Below are positions 44,031 to 53,534 of a stretch of DNA of 53,534 nt, in pieces (position 1 is the stretch's first letter; each line of letters opens with the position of its first letter). A program made the position numbers and the translations under genes. Below the pieces are notes generated by a model. That model was not told where the DNA came from, did not search any database, and saw only the letters and a list, made by a program, of their open reading frames with translations. The stretch is from an uncultured bacterium. GTDB taxonomy: Bacteria > Patescibacteriota > Minisyncoccia > Moranbacterales > GWC2-37-73. The stretch is from NCBI GenBank assembly GCA_903851135.1, contig CAINNK010000023.1, positions 1-53,534 on the forward strand, given 5' to 3'.

Positions 44031-45095
44031 CTAACTCTTAAATTTTTGAAAATACATATCTACGTCACTGATCCATTTGTCAGCCGCGGCTTGTCCACCT
44101 GTTGCAGCGCAACTGCCACCACATTTCCAAACTACCATTTTTGCAGGTGTGTCTCTGCCATTTTCTTGTGTCAATGTCTTAATACGTTTTGCAACAGTGT
44201 CCACCGCGTCCTGAGGGTTGTTGAAACAAGTATGTCCGCCTGTTCCCATCTTGTCTCTTTGTCCTCGATACCCCCAATAATTATAACAATCTTCACCATT
44301 CAAAACCGGATAGTGCTCTCCCCAGCCGCTTTCCTTTTTTGCAATCGCCACGATGAAGGCTGCTACTGTTCGATCTTGCTGAGCAATATACGGCACCATT
44401 TTTTCAATCGGATGACCTTTAACCATGCCATAGATTTCCTTTTCCAAAGCTGCTCTATCACTAGCTTTTTGAATCTCTTCTACTTGCGCAGAAAATGAAG
44501 CTTCCGAACCAGCCTCTTTGTCAACGGCAGTTGTCATAGCCAAAACTTTTCCTTGCTGAGCAGGGCTAATCATTTGCTCTTGAGCGGCAACCTGTCTTGA
44601 ATCACCTGCAGCGGCAGCTGCACCTTGTCCCAAATATCTATACACGAAAGTCATGGTCACCATTCCAAACAAAATCGAACCCACAATCGAGAGATTCCAA
44701 AGCCTTATCAGAGAAAATTGCCCAACCAAATTTTCGGAAGTTTGCCGAGCGCTTTCTTGCATTGCAGCATAACGCTTTTCCAAAAGATTCAGCAAAAGAC
44801 TTGTCTGGCTTGGTTTATATCTGACAAAATCACTAACAACTCGTGAACTAAGGTTATCCCATTTACCAGTTGCCCGATCAAGCTTTACGCCACTTTGCAA
44901 CAACTTAGCTTCCCTGGGAGTGATGTAAAGTTTTGAATCCTCGGTAAAAAATGCCTCGGTTTTTTTGCCACGCGAATATAGAACAGCTTTGCCAGAATTG
45001 CAATTAGCACTGTTCTTAAAATTATTTTCAATGTTTTTATTTTTATTTTTGGACTTGACATCCAAATAGCGTAAATTTTTTCTTTTTAGTTTCAT
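44031..45095 (-). CDS. Membrane-anchored lysozyme-like (SLT-like) protein, paralog B
   Basis: The C-terminal domain has AIAKKESGWG, NYWGYRG and WKCGGSCA, matching paralog A block for block. The N-terminal region is longer and has a TM. Confidence 0.4.
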   Translation of the reverse strand: MKLKRKNLRYLDVKSKNKNKNIENNFKNSANCNSGKAVLYSRGKKTEAFFTEDSKLYITPREAKLLQSGVKLDRATGKWDNLSSRVVSDFVRYKPSQTSLLLNLLEKRYAAMQESARQTSENLVGQFSLIRLWNLSIVGSILFGMVTMTFVYRYLGQGAAAAAGDSRQVAAQEQMISPAQQGKVLAMTTAVDKEAGSEASFSAQVEEIQKASDRAALEKEIYGMVKGHPIEKMVPYIAQQDRTVAAFIVAIAKKESGWGEHYPVLNGEDCYNYWGYRGQRDKMGTGGHTCFNNPQDAVDTVAKRIKTLTQENGRDTPAKMVVWKCGGSCAATGGQAAADKWISDVDMYFQKFKS

Positions 45096-45170
45096 GAAAA
45101 AAGTTTAACTATTAAAACTTTCCCGTGCTTTGAAAATTAACTTTCGCAGATAAAGCAAAGCAACGTAACA

Positions 45171-46031
45171 CTATTTTATTGTAGCACTCTTTTTGTTTTT
45201 TAAAAATAGCCACCATAGTGAAATAAGAATAAAAATAAAAGAGAGAGTTTGTCCCATAGTTAAGCCCCAAAAAACAAAACCAATTTGCGCATCCGGACTG
45301 CGAAAAAATTCGCAAACAAAACGCACGACGTTATAACTGAAAATATAACCTACCAACAATGACCCGCTTTGCATTTTAAATTCATTTCTAAACTTCCACA
45401 AAAAAACAAAAAGCAAAATTCCTTCAGCAAGTGCCTCCAACAATTGAGAAGGATAACTCAAAACATTTGGACTACTTGCAAAGTACACCCCTAGTTTTGA
45501 AGAAGTCGCTCGACCAATCAATTCACCGTTGAGAAAATTTCCAATTCTGCCAAAAAAATAACCTAGCGGCAAAGCAGGCACAACAAAATCAGCATAGGCC
45601 AAAAAATTAAGCTTTTTGATTTTTGCAAACAAACATGTCCCAAATATCGCGCCCATCATCGCGCCATGATAACTCATGCCATAAAGTCCTTCAAACTTCC
45701 CACCATCAATGCCGTAAGGCGAAATAATCTGCAAAGGATGAACGCAAAAATAACTCAAATTATAAAAAAACACGTAGCCAAGCCTTCCTCCCACAAGGCC
45801 GCCCACAAAGGCAATCAGCGTTAAATCAAAAATAGTGTTTTGAAACTCTGACTTTGAAGTTTGAAAAATATTTCTAGCTTCGCCCTTGCTAATTCGCCAT
45901 TGCAACAAACCGCATACAACTACGAAACCCACTAAATACATCAACGAATACCAACGCACCGACAAAAATCCAATCGTAAATGCGATTGGATTAATCGTTT
46001 GCGGAAGATGTTGATAAAATTCAAGAAACAT
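45171..46031 (-). CDS. lgt: Prolipoprotein diacylglyceryl transferase
   Basis: GRIGNFLNGELIGR signature, an N-terminal IRWYSLMY-type motif (VRWYSLMYLVGF), and a polytopic topology. Confidence 0.85.
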   Translation of the reverse strand: MFLEFYQHLPQTINPIAFTIGFLSVRWYSLMYLVGFVVVCGLLQWRISKGEARNIFQTSKSEFQNTIFDLTLIAFVGGLVGGRLGYVFFYNLSYFCVHPLQIISPYGIDGGKFEGLYGMSYHGAMMGAIFGTCLFAKIKKLNFLAYADFVVPALPLGYFFGRIGNFLNGELIGRATSSKLGVYFASSPNVLSYPSQLLEALAEGILLFVFLWKFRNEFKMQSGSLLVGYIFSYNVVRFVCEFFRSPDAQIGFVFWGLTMGQTLSFIFILISLWWLFLKNKKSATIK

Positions 46032-46152
46032 AAGTCGTTAAAGATATCCCAGCAGTAAGTTAAAATGTGAATTGAATTTCAAAAAATACAAAAGCCAAGC
46101 AAAATATCCTTGGCAACTTATCTTCGCCAAAGGCTCACTAATTTAAATTGAA

Positions 46153-47223
46153 CTATGACTCTTTACCATTATATCGCTTCAATTGGCCTTTGAATTCTTT
46201 TGCATAAATATCCCAAAGTGCCAGAAAAAGAGCCACAATTATTGGCCCAATAATGAAGCCCAAAAAGCCAAACATGCTTATTCCTCCCAAGGTCGCAAAG
46301 AAAACCACTAAAGGATGCATTTGCGTATTTTTGCCAACTAACTTCGGCCGCAAAAAATTATCAATCGAAGAAAGTATTCCAAAACCAACCGCCAAAATAA
46401 CCCAACCTTGCCAGATGTTTCCAGTGATAAACATCACTAAAGCTGTTGGCATCCAAATCAAGCCCGATCCAACTATTGGAATCAGTGAAAAAAACATCAT
46501 AGCGATTCCCAAAATAAAAGCCGAAGGAATTCCTAAGGAAAAAAACAAAAGCATGCCAATCGTCCCTTGAATAAGCGCAATTGTCAGCGCACCCTTTGCA
46601 GTTGCCCTGGAAATTGAAATGAACTTTTCAATTAAAATCTTTTCATAAGAATTTTTAAGGGGACTCAAATACATAGCCCGACTAACCAAGTGCTCTCCTT
46701 CTATCAGCAAATAATAAAGGGTGAAAAAAACGACTATGATTAAAAATATTGTGCTTGTGATTCCCTGATAGGTCTTCTGCAACATCATAAACATTCCCTG
46801 ATCAAGTTGCGAAACAAATTTTCCAATCGTATCTTTGTTGACCACGTTGTCAAAACCAAGAGAAACCAAGACTTGACTATGATTAATATAATCGATAGTC
46901 GGTTGAGCATATTTGTTATAAACATTACCACCCGAAATAGTGTTTTGATACAAGGAATTAACTTCACTCGCCAGGATGCCAACAATCCCCCCCATGATGA
47001 CTACCAAGAAAATTATACCGAACAAAGAAATCAACATAGAACTTAAATTCTTCCGGCCGCCAGTAATCTTCACAAAAAAATGATACGGCTCTTGCAGTGC
47101 GACTGCCAAAATCCCAGCCAGAATGATTGCAAGAAAGAATGGCTGAAAGATAAAATAGGTGATTGTACTTATTCCAAGCAAAACCACTAAGAAAAAATAG
47201 ATGTTGTATTTTTTTTGTTCCAT
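46153..47223 (-). CDS. AI-2E family transporter (PerM/UPF0118)
   Basis: 356 aa with about 8 TM segments and the conserved LIPIVGSG...W.P motif in the C-terminal half. Confidence 0.75.
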   Translation of the reverse strand: MEQKKYNIYFFLVVLLGISTITYFIFQPFFLAIILAGILAVALQEPYHFFVKITGGRKNLSSMLISLFGIIFLVVIMGGIVGILASEVNSLYQNTISGGNVYNKYAQPTIDYINHSQVLVSLGFDNVVNKDTIGKFVSQLDQGMFMMLQKTYQGITSTIFLIIVVFFTLYYLLIEGEHLVSRAMYLSPLKNSYEKILIEKFISISRATAKGALTIALIQGTIGMLLFFSLGIPSAFILGIAMMFFSLIPIVGSGLIWMPTALVMFITGNIWQGWVILAVGFGILSSIDNFLRPKLVGKNTQMHPLVVFFATLGGISMFGFLGFIIGPIIVALFLALWDIYAKEFKGQLKRYNGKES

Positions 47224-47332
47224 TGCTGTTTTATTGCTTTAATATGATTGTCTTGCTAGAATTATACCATGTGCTGAACTTTCTTCAAACAATATAGCAA
47301 GAAGTAAGGACTCTTAAAACTACAAGGACATT

Positions 47333-48037
47333 ATGGAATCATACGAATCAAACAGAGGCAGAATCATTGTTACTGCAGACGATTTCGGTTTAAACAGCCA
47401 AACAAATCGAAACATTCTTTATCTGCTCAGCCTCGGAAAAATAAACCGGGTTGCTGTCATGGCGCACGGACAAATTTCACCAGCAGAGGTTGATGAACTG
47501 ATCAGAAGCCATGTAAAACTGGATATCCATCTTGATATCCTGCATGAGTTTGATGAAAATAAGGCCAAAAGAACCGGCGCCATTGGCAGAGGTATTGATT
47601 TTTGCTTAAAAATCGTAACCCAGAAGCTCACCATCAAAAAAGTTACTGCTGACTGGGAAAATCAGATTGAAATATTTCAAAAACTTTTTGGAAAAAATCC
47701 AGATGGCATTAACTCCCATGAACACGTCCATCTTTTTCCGCCCTTTTTCAAAATTGCCCTTGATTTGCGAGACAAATATACTATTCCCTACATCAGATTC
47801 GGGGATAGCGTTTTCATGCCACATCATAATATAATTTCCTACATCCTCCATTTCTTGAGAAAAATCAATCTACCGACTTGCACCAAACGAAGCTGTGTTT
47901 CCTCTGGGTCCCTGGTAAGCCTTGACTGGATTGAGAATGTCGACGCTTTTCTGGCAAACATCCCCGAGGGAACAACTGAGGTTGCCTGTCATCCGGAACT
48001 GAGCGAAGACTTTGCCAAAGTTAAAAAATATTTCTAA
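47333..48037 (+). CDS. ChbG/YdjC-family carbohydrate deacetylase-like protein
   Basis: IIVTADDFGLNSQTNRNI (the D-D metal site) and INSHEHVHLFP (the His motif). Confidence 0.7.
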   Translation: MESYESNRGRIIVTADDFGLNSQTNRNILYLLSLGKINRVAVMAHGQISPAEVDELIRSHVKLDIHLDILHEFDENKAKRTGAIGRGIDFCLKIVTQKLTIKKVTADWENQIEIFQKLFGKNPDGINSHEHVHLFPPFFKIALDLRDKYTIPYIRFGDSVFMPHHNIISYILHFLRKINLPTCTKRSCVSSGSLVSLDWIENVDAFLANIPEGTTEVACHPELSEDFAKVKKYF

Positions 48038-48122
48038 GTTTAAACTTCATAAAAACAGCCTTTTCAAAAAAGGCTGTTTTTATATTCTAAAAGTCTAAGA
48101 CCTTTCAGGCGTGTCAACTTAC

Positions 48123-48749
48123 CTATTTTTTCTTCAAGGCCACTTCCTTAGAAAAAACACTCAAAATAAAACCCACGATAACAGCGGAAAACAAGAGCAA
48201 AACATTTTTGAAAATTTCAACTCCGGCCAGGGTTGTAAATATTCTTTTGTGCAAATAATAGCCCAACAAAATCAACAAAGTAGTGTGCAAAAATGAAGCT
48301 ATTGCGTTGTGAATAACAAATTTTTTTCGCGACGCTCTCAGTGAACCCAAAATGACCGGTCCAAAAAAGCGCACTCCAGCGATAAATTTCAAAAAATAAA
48401 CAGAGAAAGCCACATTGTCAGTAACCAGATGTTCATATTGAATTAGCTTATGTTTGCGCATCTTGCGATTGAACTTTTCCACAAATTTATTGCCGAAAAA
48501 GCTGAGTTGATAAAGAATGTTATCTCCAACAATAATTCCAAGCGTGGAAAGCGTCAAGACCAGCAAAATATTCATACCGGTTATCTTCACAACATAACCA
48601 ACCAACAAAAGGAAAATGGCTTCTGGAATAGGCAAAACGTAACTGACGATTATGGAAAGAAAAAAAACGCCAAAATATGATCCATTTTTAATAAAATGAA
48701 CCATCGAATTAATATCCTGAAAATGGTGATGGAGGTTTGAAATAATCAT
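48123..48749 (-). CDS. DedA/VTT-domain membrane protein (third copy)
   Basis: FFLSIIVSYVLPIPEAIFLLLVGYV and GDNILYQLSFFG resemble the DedA core. 5-6 TM segments. Confidence 0.6.
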   Translation of the reverse strand: MIISNLHHHFQDINSMVHFIKNGSYFGVFFLSIIVSYVLPIPEAIFLLLVGYVVKITGMNILLVLTLSTLGIIVGDNILYQLSFFGNKFVEKFNRKMRKHKLIQYEHLVTDNVAFSVYFLKFIAGVRFFGPVILGSLRASRKKFVIHNAIASFLHTTLLILLGYYLHKRIFTTLAGVEIFKNVLLLFSAVIVGFILSVFSKEVALKKK

Positions 48750-49041
48750 AGCAATGCAATTCTACTACAAGAATCTCAACTCTACAATGGACAAAATTTG
48801 TGAAAAGAAATAATTATCACTTGCGTATAAGCTAAAGTAAGCCTTGAAAAAGGTAAATTTAAATAATAAATTGTAAACAAAAAAAATTCACCCTGTTAAA
48901 TAATTTGAAATTTTTTAGAAAATTTAAAATTAAGATTTGAATTAAATCTGCAGGGATGAATAAGCTAAATTTAAAGAAATTAACACAAATAAGTTGTCTA
49001 CTATTGCAAAAATAGAATTCAAATCTTATTTAACAGCCTAA

Positions 49042-49440
49042 ATGAAAAAAAATATGCGAAATGCGCTGGCAATCAGCGGAATGGCTTTTGTCCTTGGCAC
49101 TTCAGGAATCGTTTTAGACGCAAATGCCAGCACCATTAAAGAAAATAATTTTCGTCATGAGCGCAGTCTGAAAGGGAAAACAACTCCCAAGACTGTCCTT
49201 GTGCAACATCGTCGAAAAGGTTTAGCTGGTATAGTTTCTGCCATCTCAGCCGATTCTCTAACAATCATTAAAGGCACAAAAACCTTCACCGTCACAAACG
49301 CCACAACTACCAGAGTTTTCAACAAGGCTTGGAAAAATATTGATTTTTCTACCATTAAAAATGGTGACAAAGTCGTAATCCACGGAACACTAACCAATAC
49401 CACCATTTCAGCTAGAACTATTCGCGATATTTCAATCTAA
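49042..49440 (+). CDS. Small secreted protein (DUF5666-like beta domain)
   Basis: Signal peptide (ALAISGMAFVLGTSGIVLDANA). The G.V.....DSLTI.....T.TV......F......S.IK.GDKV.I.G pattern is present. Confidence 0.45.
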   Translation: MKKNMRNALAISGMAFVLGTSGIVLDANASTIKENNFRHERSLKGKTTPKTVLVQHRRKGLAGIVSAISADSLTIIKGTKTFTVTNATTTRVFNKAWKNIDFSTIKNGDKVVIHGTLTNTTISARTIRDISI

Positions 49441-49492
49441 CAAAAGTTTTCATAATTTTTTGCGCAACTTACTACATAATAAACCACCAAAA

Positions 49493-49517
49493 ATCCCGAC
49501 TTTCATCGGGATTTTTG
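49493..49517. terminator. Bidirectional terminator between 49042-49440 and typA
   Basis: Stem atcccga / tcgggat with loop ctttca, flanked by A5 and T5 runs. Confidence 0.65.
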
Positions 49518-49561
49518 CATTTATTCTAAAATCTAGCTTCTAACCTCTTAAATCTATTCCA

Positions 49562-51349
49562 CTATTTCCCTTTTCTTCCAGCTTTGGTCCTATCTCCTTC
49601 TTTCAAAAATTGTTTGCGCAAACGCACTGAATGTGGCGTCACTTCCAAATATTCATCATCATTGATAATTTCCAACCCGCGTTCAATTGAAAGCGTAAAC
49701 GGTGGAATCAAATGAATTGCTTCATCGGTTCCCGAAGAGCGCATGTTTGAAAGCTGTTTGCCTTTAAGAGGATTAACGGTCATTTCGTCGCCCTTAGAAA
49801 CATTGCCAATAACCTGTCCTTCATAAACTTCCGTGGCAGCACCAATATAGAGCACACCGCGATCTTGCAAGTTGGCCAAAGAAAATCCAAGCGCTTTGCC
49901 AGTTCCATTTGAGATCATGGAGCCAACTTCGCGTTTTTTGATATCACCAACATACGGTTTAAAACCAACCACCCGTGAAGACATAATCCCTTCACCTTTC
50001 GTGTCAACCACGAACTGTCCGCGATAACCCAACATTCCTCGCGTTGGCGCTTCAAACAAAAGTCTGGTTTGTGAGCCATGAACATGCATATCAGTCATGA
50101 TGCCCTTTCTTTTGCCAAGAGTTTCAATGATGGTGCCAGCCAATTCGCTTGGCACATCCACTGTAACTTCTTCAAATGGTTCGCTTTTCACGCCATCAAT
50201 GTCCTTGATGATTACATGCGGCTGCGAAACTTGCATTTCATAACCTTCTCGTCGCATATTTTCCAAAAGAACCGCAATGTGAAGTTCTCCGCGACCAAAA
50301 ACCGTGTAATATTCAGAAGTTGAAAAATCAATCTTGAGTCCCACGTTGACTTCCAGTTCTTTCTCCAAACGTTCTTTGATTTGCTTGCTAGTCACGAATT
50401 TTCCTTCTCTTCCGGCAAAAGGTGAATCATTAACCAAAAATCGCAAGGAAATTGTCGGTTCATCAATGTTAATAGCTGGCAAAGACTCTTGTTCCTCACT
50501 TTCGCAAATAGTTTCACCAATATCAATTTTAGGAAAACCAGCCACCATCACAATGTCACCGGCATAAGCTTCAGCCACTTCATCGCGAACAGTGCCTTTG
50601 AAATTGTAAAGTTTGGTCACACGAGATTTCTCGACAGTTCCATCAGTTTTTTTCAGCACATAAGTTGCGCCAGCTTTGATAGTACCTTCATGAATGCGAC
50701 CCACCGCTAAACGTCCCAAAAAGTTATCATAACCAAGATTAAAAGGTTGCATGCGAAGTTGGGCAGCGCGATCAGCTTTAGCCGCGTGAACTTTAAGCAA
50801 AATCATGTCCAGCAAAGGTTCCAAGTTGTCAGATTCGTCTTTCAAATGCTCTTTGGCAATTCCTTGACGGCCAATGGCATATATCGTCGTAAAATCAAGT
50901 TGTTCATCATTGGCACCCAAGTCCATGAAAAGTTCATACACTTGTTCTTGCACCAAATCAGGATCAGCCGCTGGCTTATCGATTTTGTTAATCACCACAA
51001 TCGGCTTGAGTCCCAATTCCAAAGATTTTTTCAACACAAAACGAGTTTGTGGCATTGGTCCTTCTTGAGCATCCACAATCAAAAGCACGCTGTCAATTGA
51101 ACGTAGCACGCGTTCAACTTCGCTGCCAAAATCAGCATGACCTGGAGTGTCCACGATGTTGATTTTAGTGTCGCGATAGTTGATCGAAGTGTTCTTGGCG
51201 TAAATTGTGATTCCTCGCTCTTGTTCCAGGGCATTATTGTCCATGCTAACGCCTTCTTCCACCATGCCAGTTTGGCGCATAATTGCATCAGTCAGAGTTG
51301 TTTTGCCATGATCCACATGAGCGATAATGGCGATGTTTCGAATTTCCAT
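49562..51349 (-). CDS. typA: Translational GTPase TypA/BipA
   Basis: IRNIAIIAHVDHGKTTL, DTPGHADF and NKID. 595 aa with EF-G-like domains and the TypA-specific C-terminal domain. Confidence 0.95.
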   Translation of the reverse strand: MEIRNIAIIAHVDHGKTTLTDAIMRQTGMVEEGVSMDNNALEQERGITIYAKNTSINYRDTKINIVDTPGHADFGSEVERVLRSIDSVLLIVDAQEGPMPQTRFVLKKSLELGLKPIVVINKIDKPAADPDLVQEQVYELFMDLGANDEQLDFTTIYAIGRQGIAKEHLKDESDNLEPLLDMILLKVHAAKADRAAQLRMQPFNLGYDNFLGRLAVGRIHEGTIKAGATYVLKKTDGTVEKSRVTKLYNFKGTVRDEVAEAYAGDIVMVAGFPKIDIGETICESEEQESLPAINIDEPTISLRFLVNDSPFAGREGKFVTSKQIKERLEKELEVNVGLKIDFSTSEYYTVFGRGELHIAVLLENMRREGYEMQVSQPHVIIKDIDGVKSEPFEEVTVDVPSELAGTIIETLGKRKGIMTDMHVHGSQTRLLFEAPTRGMLGYRGQFVVDTKGEGIMSSRVVGFKPYVGDIKKREVGSMISNGTGKALGFSLANLQDRGVLYIGAATEVYEGQVIGNVSKGDEMTVNPLKGKQLSNMRSSGTDEAIHLIPPFTLSIERGLEIINDDEYLEVTPHSVRLRKQFLKEGDRTKAGRKGK

Positions 51350-51357
51350 ATTTTTTT

Positions 51358-51518
51358 CTACGAATTACGAATTGATACGAATGTACGAATTTTTATTCAT
51401 GCATTTGTAATTAATTCATAATTAAGTAGCTAATTATACTTATTAATATCTTTTCAAAAAAAATTACTGTTCCAAAAATTGTCTATTCGTACATTCGTAT
51501 ATTTTCGTAAATTCGTAG
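51358..51518. repeat. Inverted repeat of TACGAAT-word arms flanking a ~94-bp AT-rich centre
   Basis: The left arm is ctacgaattacgaattgatacgaatgtacgaat (51358-51390). The right arm is attcgtacattcgtatattttcgtaaattcgtag (51485-51518). The outer 8 nt and inner 15 nt are exactly complementary. Confidence 0.8.
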
Positions 51519-51691
51519 AGCTAAACAAAAAAACTGCCACCAGGCAGCAGAACCTTCTAAAGCTCTTAAAATATAGCAAGAAAGCCAGGAATTGTCAACT
51601 TTCGGAAATTTTTTCAAAAATACCTTTCAGCTTATATGGCAGTTCATCCCTGCCCAAAAAAATACGCCTCAAAATTGATGTTAACCAAAAT

Positions 51692-51739
51692 AAAAAGTGT
51701 GACAGAAGTCTGCGGCCGCAGACTTCTGTCACACTTTTT
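51692..51739. terminator. Perfect 38-nt palindrome terminator downstream of engB
   Basis: aaaaa gtgtgacagaagtctgc ggcc gcagacttctgtcacac ttttt, centred on a GCGGCCGC site. Confidence 0.8.
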
Positions 51740-52312
51740 CTAAACCATAATCTTCTCCAACAATTCTTCTCGGCCCTTTTTGGTTTTAGTGGAAAAATAA
51801 AAAATATTTTCAGTGTCAAGCTTTTCAACAATAGTTCGCTTTTTTTTGACAATTTCACTTTGTTTAACCTTGTCAATTTTATTGGCAATCACGATGACTT
51901 CATGTTCATTTTCAGTCAGCAATTCCATCATTTCCAAGTCAAATTTTGTTGGACCGATATTGGAATCAATAATCAACACAACTTTTTTAGGCCTGGCTTC
52001 ACCGGACTCCAAATACCACATAATCATCTTACGCATTTTTTCAGCCTGCTTAAGTGAAATTTTAGAATAACCATAGCCTGGCAAGTCCACGAAAAAAACT
52101 TCCTCATTGATCAAAAAGAAATTGAGCTGCAGCGTACGTCCCGGCGTGGAAGAAGAAATCGCCAAATCTTTGACGCCAACCAAGGCATTGATGACACTGG
52201 ATTTTCCCACGTTTGAGCGCCCCACAAAAGCAATTTGGGGAATTTTTTCGGCCATAATCAGATCCGAACCAGTGACCCCTTTGGCAAATTGTGCTGATTT
52301 TATTGTAATCAT
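51740..52312 (-). CDS. engB: Ribosome biogenesis GTPase EngB/YihA
   Basis: IAFVGRSNVGKSSVINAL (G1), VDLPGYGY (G3) and NKIDK (G4). Confidence 0.9.
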   Translation of the reverse strand: MITIKSAQFAKGVTGSDLIMAEKIPQIAFVGRSNVGKSSVINALVGVKDLAISSSTPGRTLQLNFFLINEEVFFVDLPGYGYSKISLKQAEKMRKMIMWYLESGEARPKKVVLIIDSNIGPTKFDLEMMELLTENEHEVIVIANKIDKVKQSEIVKKKRTIVEKLDTENIFYFSTKTKKGREELLEKIMV

Positions 52313-52423
52313 AAGTTAAAGCCTACCTCACATCGAGAAAAATATCAATAGAAAGAATAAAAAAACAATTCCACTTTGCTTGGGAATTGTTTTTAAAATA
52401 ACAAGACTTCAAAGATGTGCTAC

Positions 52424-53290
52424 CTAAATTTCAGAAATGAGATTTGGAGCTAATCCGAAATGTTTTATAAATTTACCAAGTCCTTCCTTTTCTGGAGCAA
52501 GCAAACCAGCTATTTCATAAAGATCACTATTGTTAAATGCCATTTTTTCCTTAACAGCATCAATTGCACTTTCGGCATATTTCAAATCGTTTTCAGATAC
52601 AGCAGAAAAAAAACCGCGCATACTCTCTTGCACTCCTTTGCGTACAGCAGAATCGGTTAAGATTTCCTCCGTGTCTGGCAAACTAATGATTCTTTCAACA
52701 TTATATAAATGTATTTTTCCGCTCGAAAGCAATCTCTTAAGCTCTCCGAGAATTTCTGGTTGAGCAATTAGCTCTGGTTTATTTGCATAATTAGTTAAAA
52801 GAGGAAGAATATTTTGCCCTTCTTTACTATCCGCTGCAATTTTCTTTGCAATCAAGGAAAGTTCTTCCACTGTTAAGCTTTCAAGAGCCGCAACTTTAGC
52901 TTCTTTATTCTTAATACTAACAATTCTATTGTTCAACTCAATTGCCCTAGCTCTATCCTTTTCAGGTATTTCGACTTGGGTATTATCAGAAATATCAACG
53001 AACTTAGGCGCAGCTAACCCCTCATCCAAAACTCCGGCACGAAGATTAGCTAGCCTTATTTGGTCTTGCTGCGCTGAAACGGCTTGTGCCTGTTTGAGTT
53101 CTGAATGGATTTCTATTGCCTCATCAGAGTTATCAGCCACTGCTCCATTTTCAACAGTAGGCTGTTCTTCTTCTTCCTCTTGCTTTACGCCTTCTCCCTC
53201 AACTTTCAAAGTTTCTCCTTGCTCTTGGAGTTTTTTCCCAATTGCAATGAGGTCCTCTGGAGTTTTAGCATTTAAAATCTCTTGCGACAT
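52424..53290 (-). CDS. Hypothetical acidic coiled-coil protein (start uncertain)
   Basis: 288-aa ORF from the first ATG. The same frame stays open for 62 more codons upstream and encodes a TM-like helix, but has no ATG/GTG/TTG. Confidence 0.5.
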   Translation of the reverse strand: MSQEILNAKTPEDLIAIGKKLQEQGETLKVEGEGVKQEEEEEQPTVENGAVADNSDEAIEIHSELKQAQAVSAQQDQIRLANLRAGVLDEGLAAPKFVDISDNTQVEIPEKDRARAIELNNRIVSIKNKEAKVAALESLTVEELSLIAKKIAADSKEGQNILPLLTNYANKPELIAQPEILGELKRLLSSGKIHLYNVERIISLPDTEEILTDSAVRKGVQESMRGFFSAVSENDLKYAESAIDAVKEKMAFNNSDLYEIAGLLAPEKEGLGKFIKHFGLAPNLISEI

Positions 53291-53534
53291 CTCTATTTTA
53301 GCTGCTTCAAATTTTTGCTTAAGAGCTTCCCACTTTTCTTGAATCGTTTTTTTAACACCCTCATAGGCCTGCGTAGCCTCTTCCCATTTTTTCAGGGATA
53401 ATAGTAAATATGTAATGCTGAGAATTGCATTTTGTGCGATAATATAGCCATAAACAGTAAATAACTTAGAGTATGGCTACAAAAAAACGCTCGAATTTGC
53501 ATAAAATGCAGTTCTCAACACACAAAGAAGTATG

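Noticed and set aside
53473-53534. Plus-strand partial ORF MATKKRSNLHKMQFSTHKEV at the right edge
   Set aside because: Only 20 codons are visible, the SD is weak and no family is recognisable. That is not enough to report as a feature.

Overview
AT-rich, densely coded bacterial chromosome segment that uses the standard code. The gene content suggests a Patescibacteria/CPR-like organism, but this is inference only: a type IV pilus operon (pilB, pilC, pseudopilins, pilM/N/O), TrmB-type regulators, many small membrane proteins, low-complexity insertions in housekeeping proteins, and few biosynthetic genes. Housekeeping genes I recognise are valS, tsaD, ychF, thiI, typA, engB, lgt, pyrD-pyrC, a gmk-like kinase, Fe/Mn SOD, a peroxiredoxin, Hsp20 and an ECF-type sigma factor. 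There are five tRNA genes in two loci: Glu-UUC, and Lys-CUU, Arg-UCU, His-GUG, Arg-UCG. Three things stand out. (1) Both tRNA loci carry partial shadow copies of the neighbouring tRNA, interrupted or capped by GC-rich structured inserts. A homologous ~70-nt core follows both tRNA-Glu and tRNA-Lys and shows a compensatory base-pair change. A small GIY-YIG nuclease gene sits inside a disrupted tRNA-Glu copy, and a 1.2-kb islet is bounded by repeats of the tRNA-Glu 3' end. (2) A radical SAM gene is followed directly by an uncalled 22-codon ORF (MSGANTGSKGSRGGANTGSVGS) with a strong SD and its own terminator. It is divergent from a TrmB regulator gene that is split at an A8 tract. (3) Several families of heptanucleotide-periodic intergenic repeats and palindromes occur, one of them abutting a glycosyltransferase start codon. 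All calls come from reading the sequence and ORF translations by eye. No database search was run.
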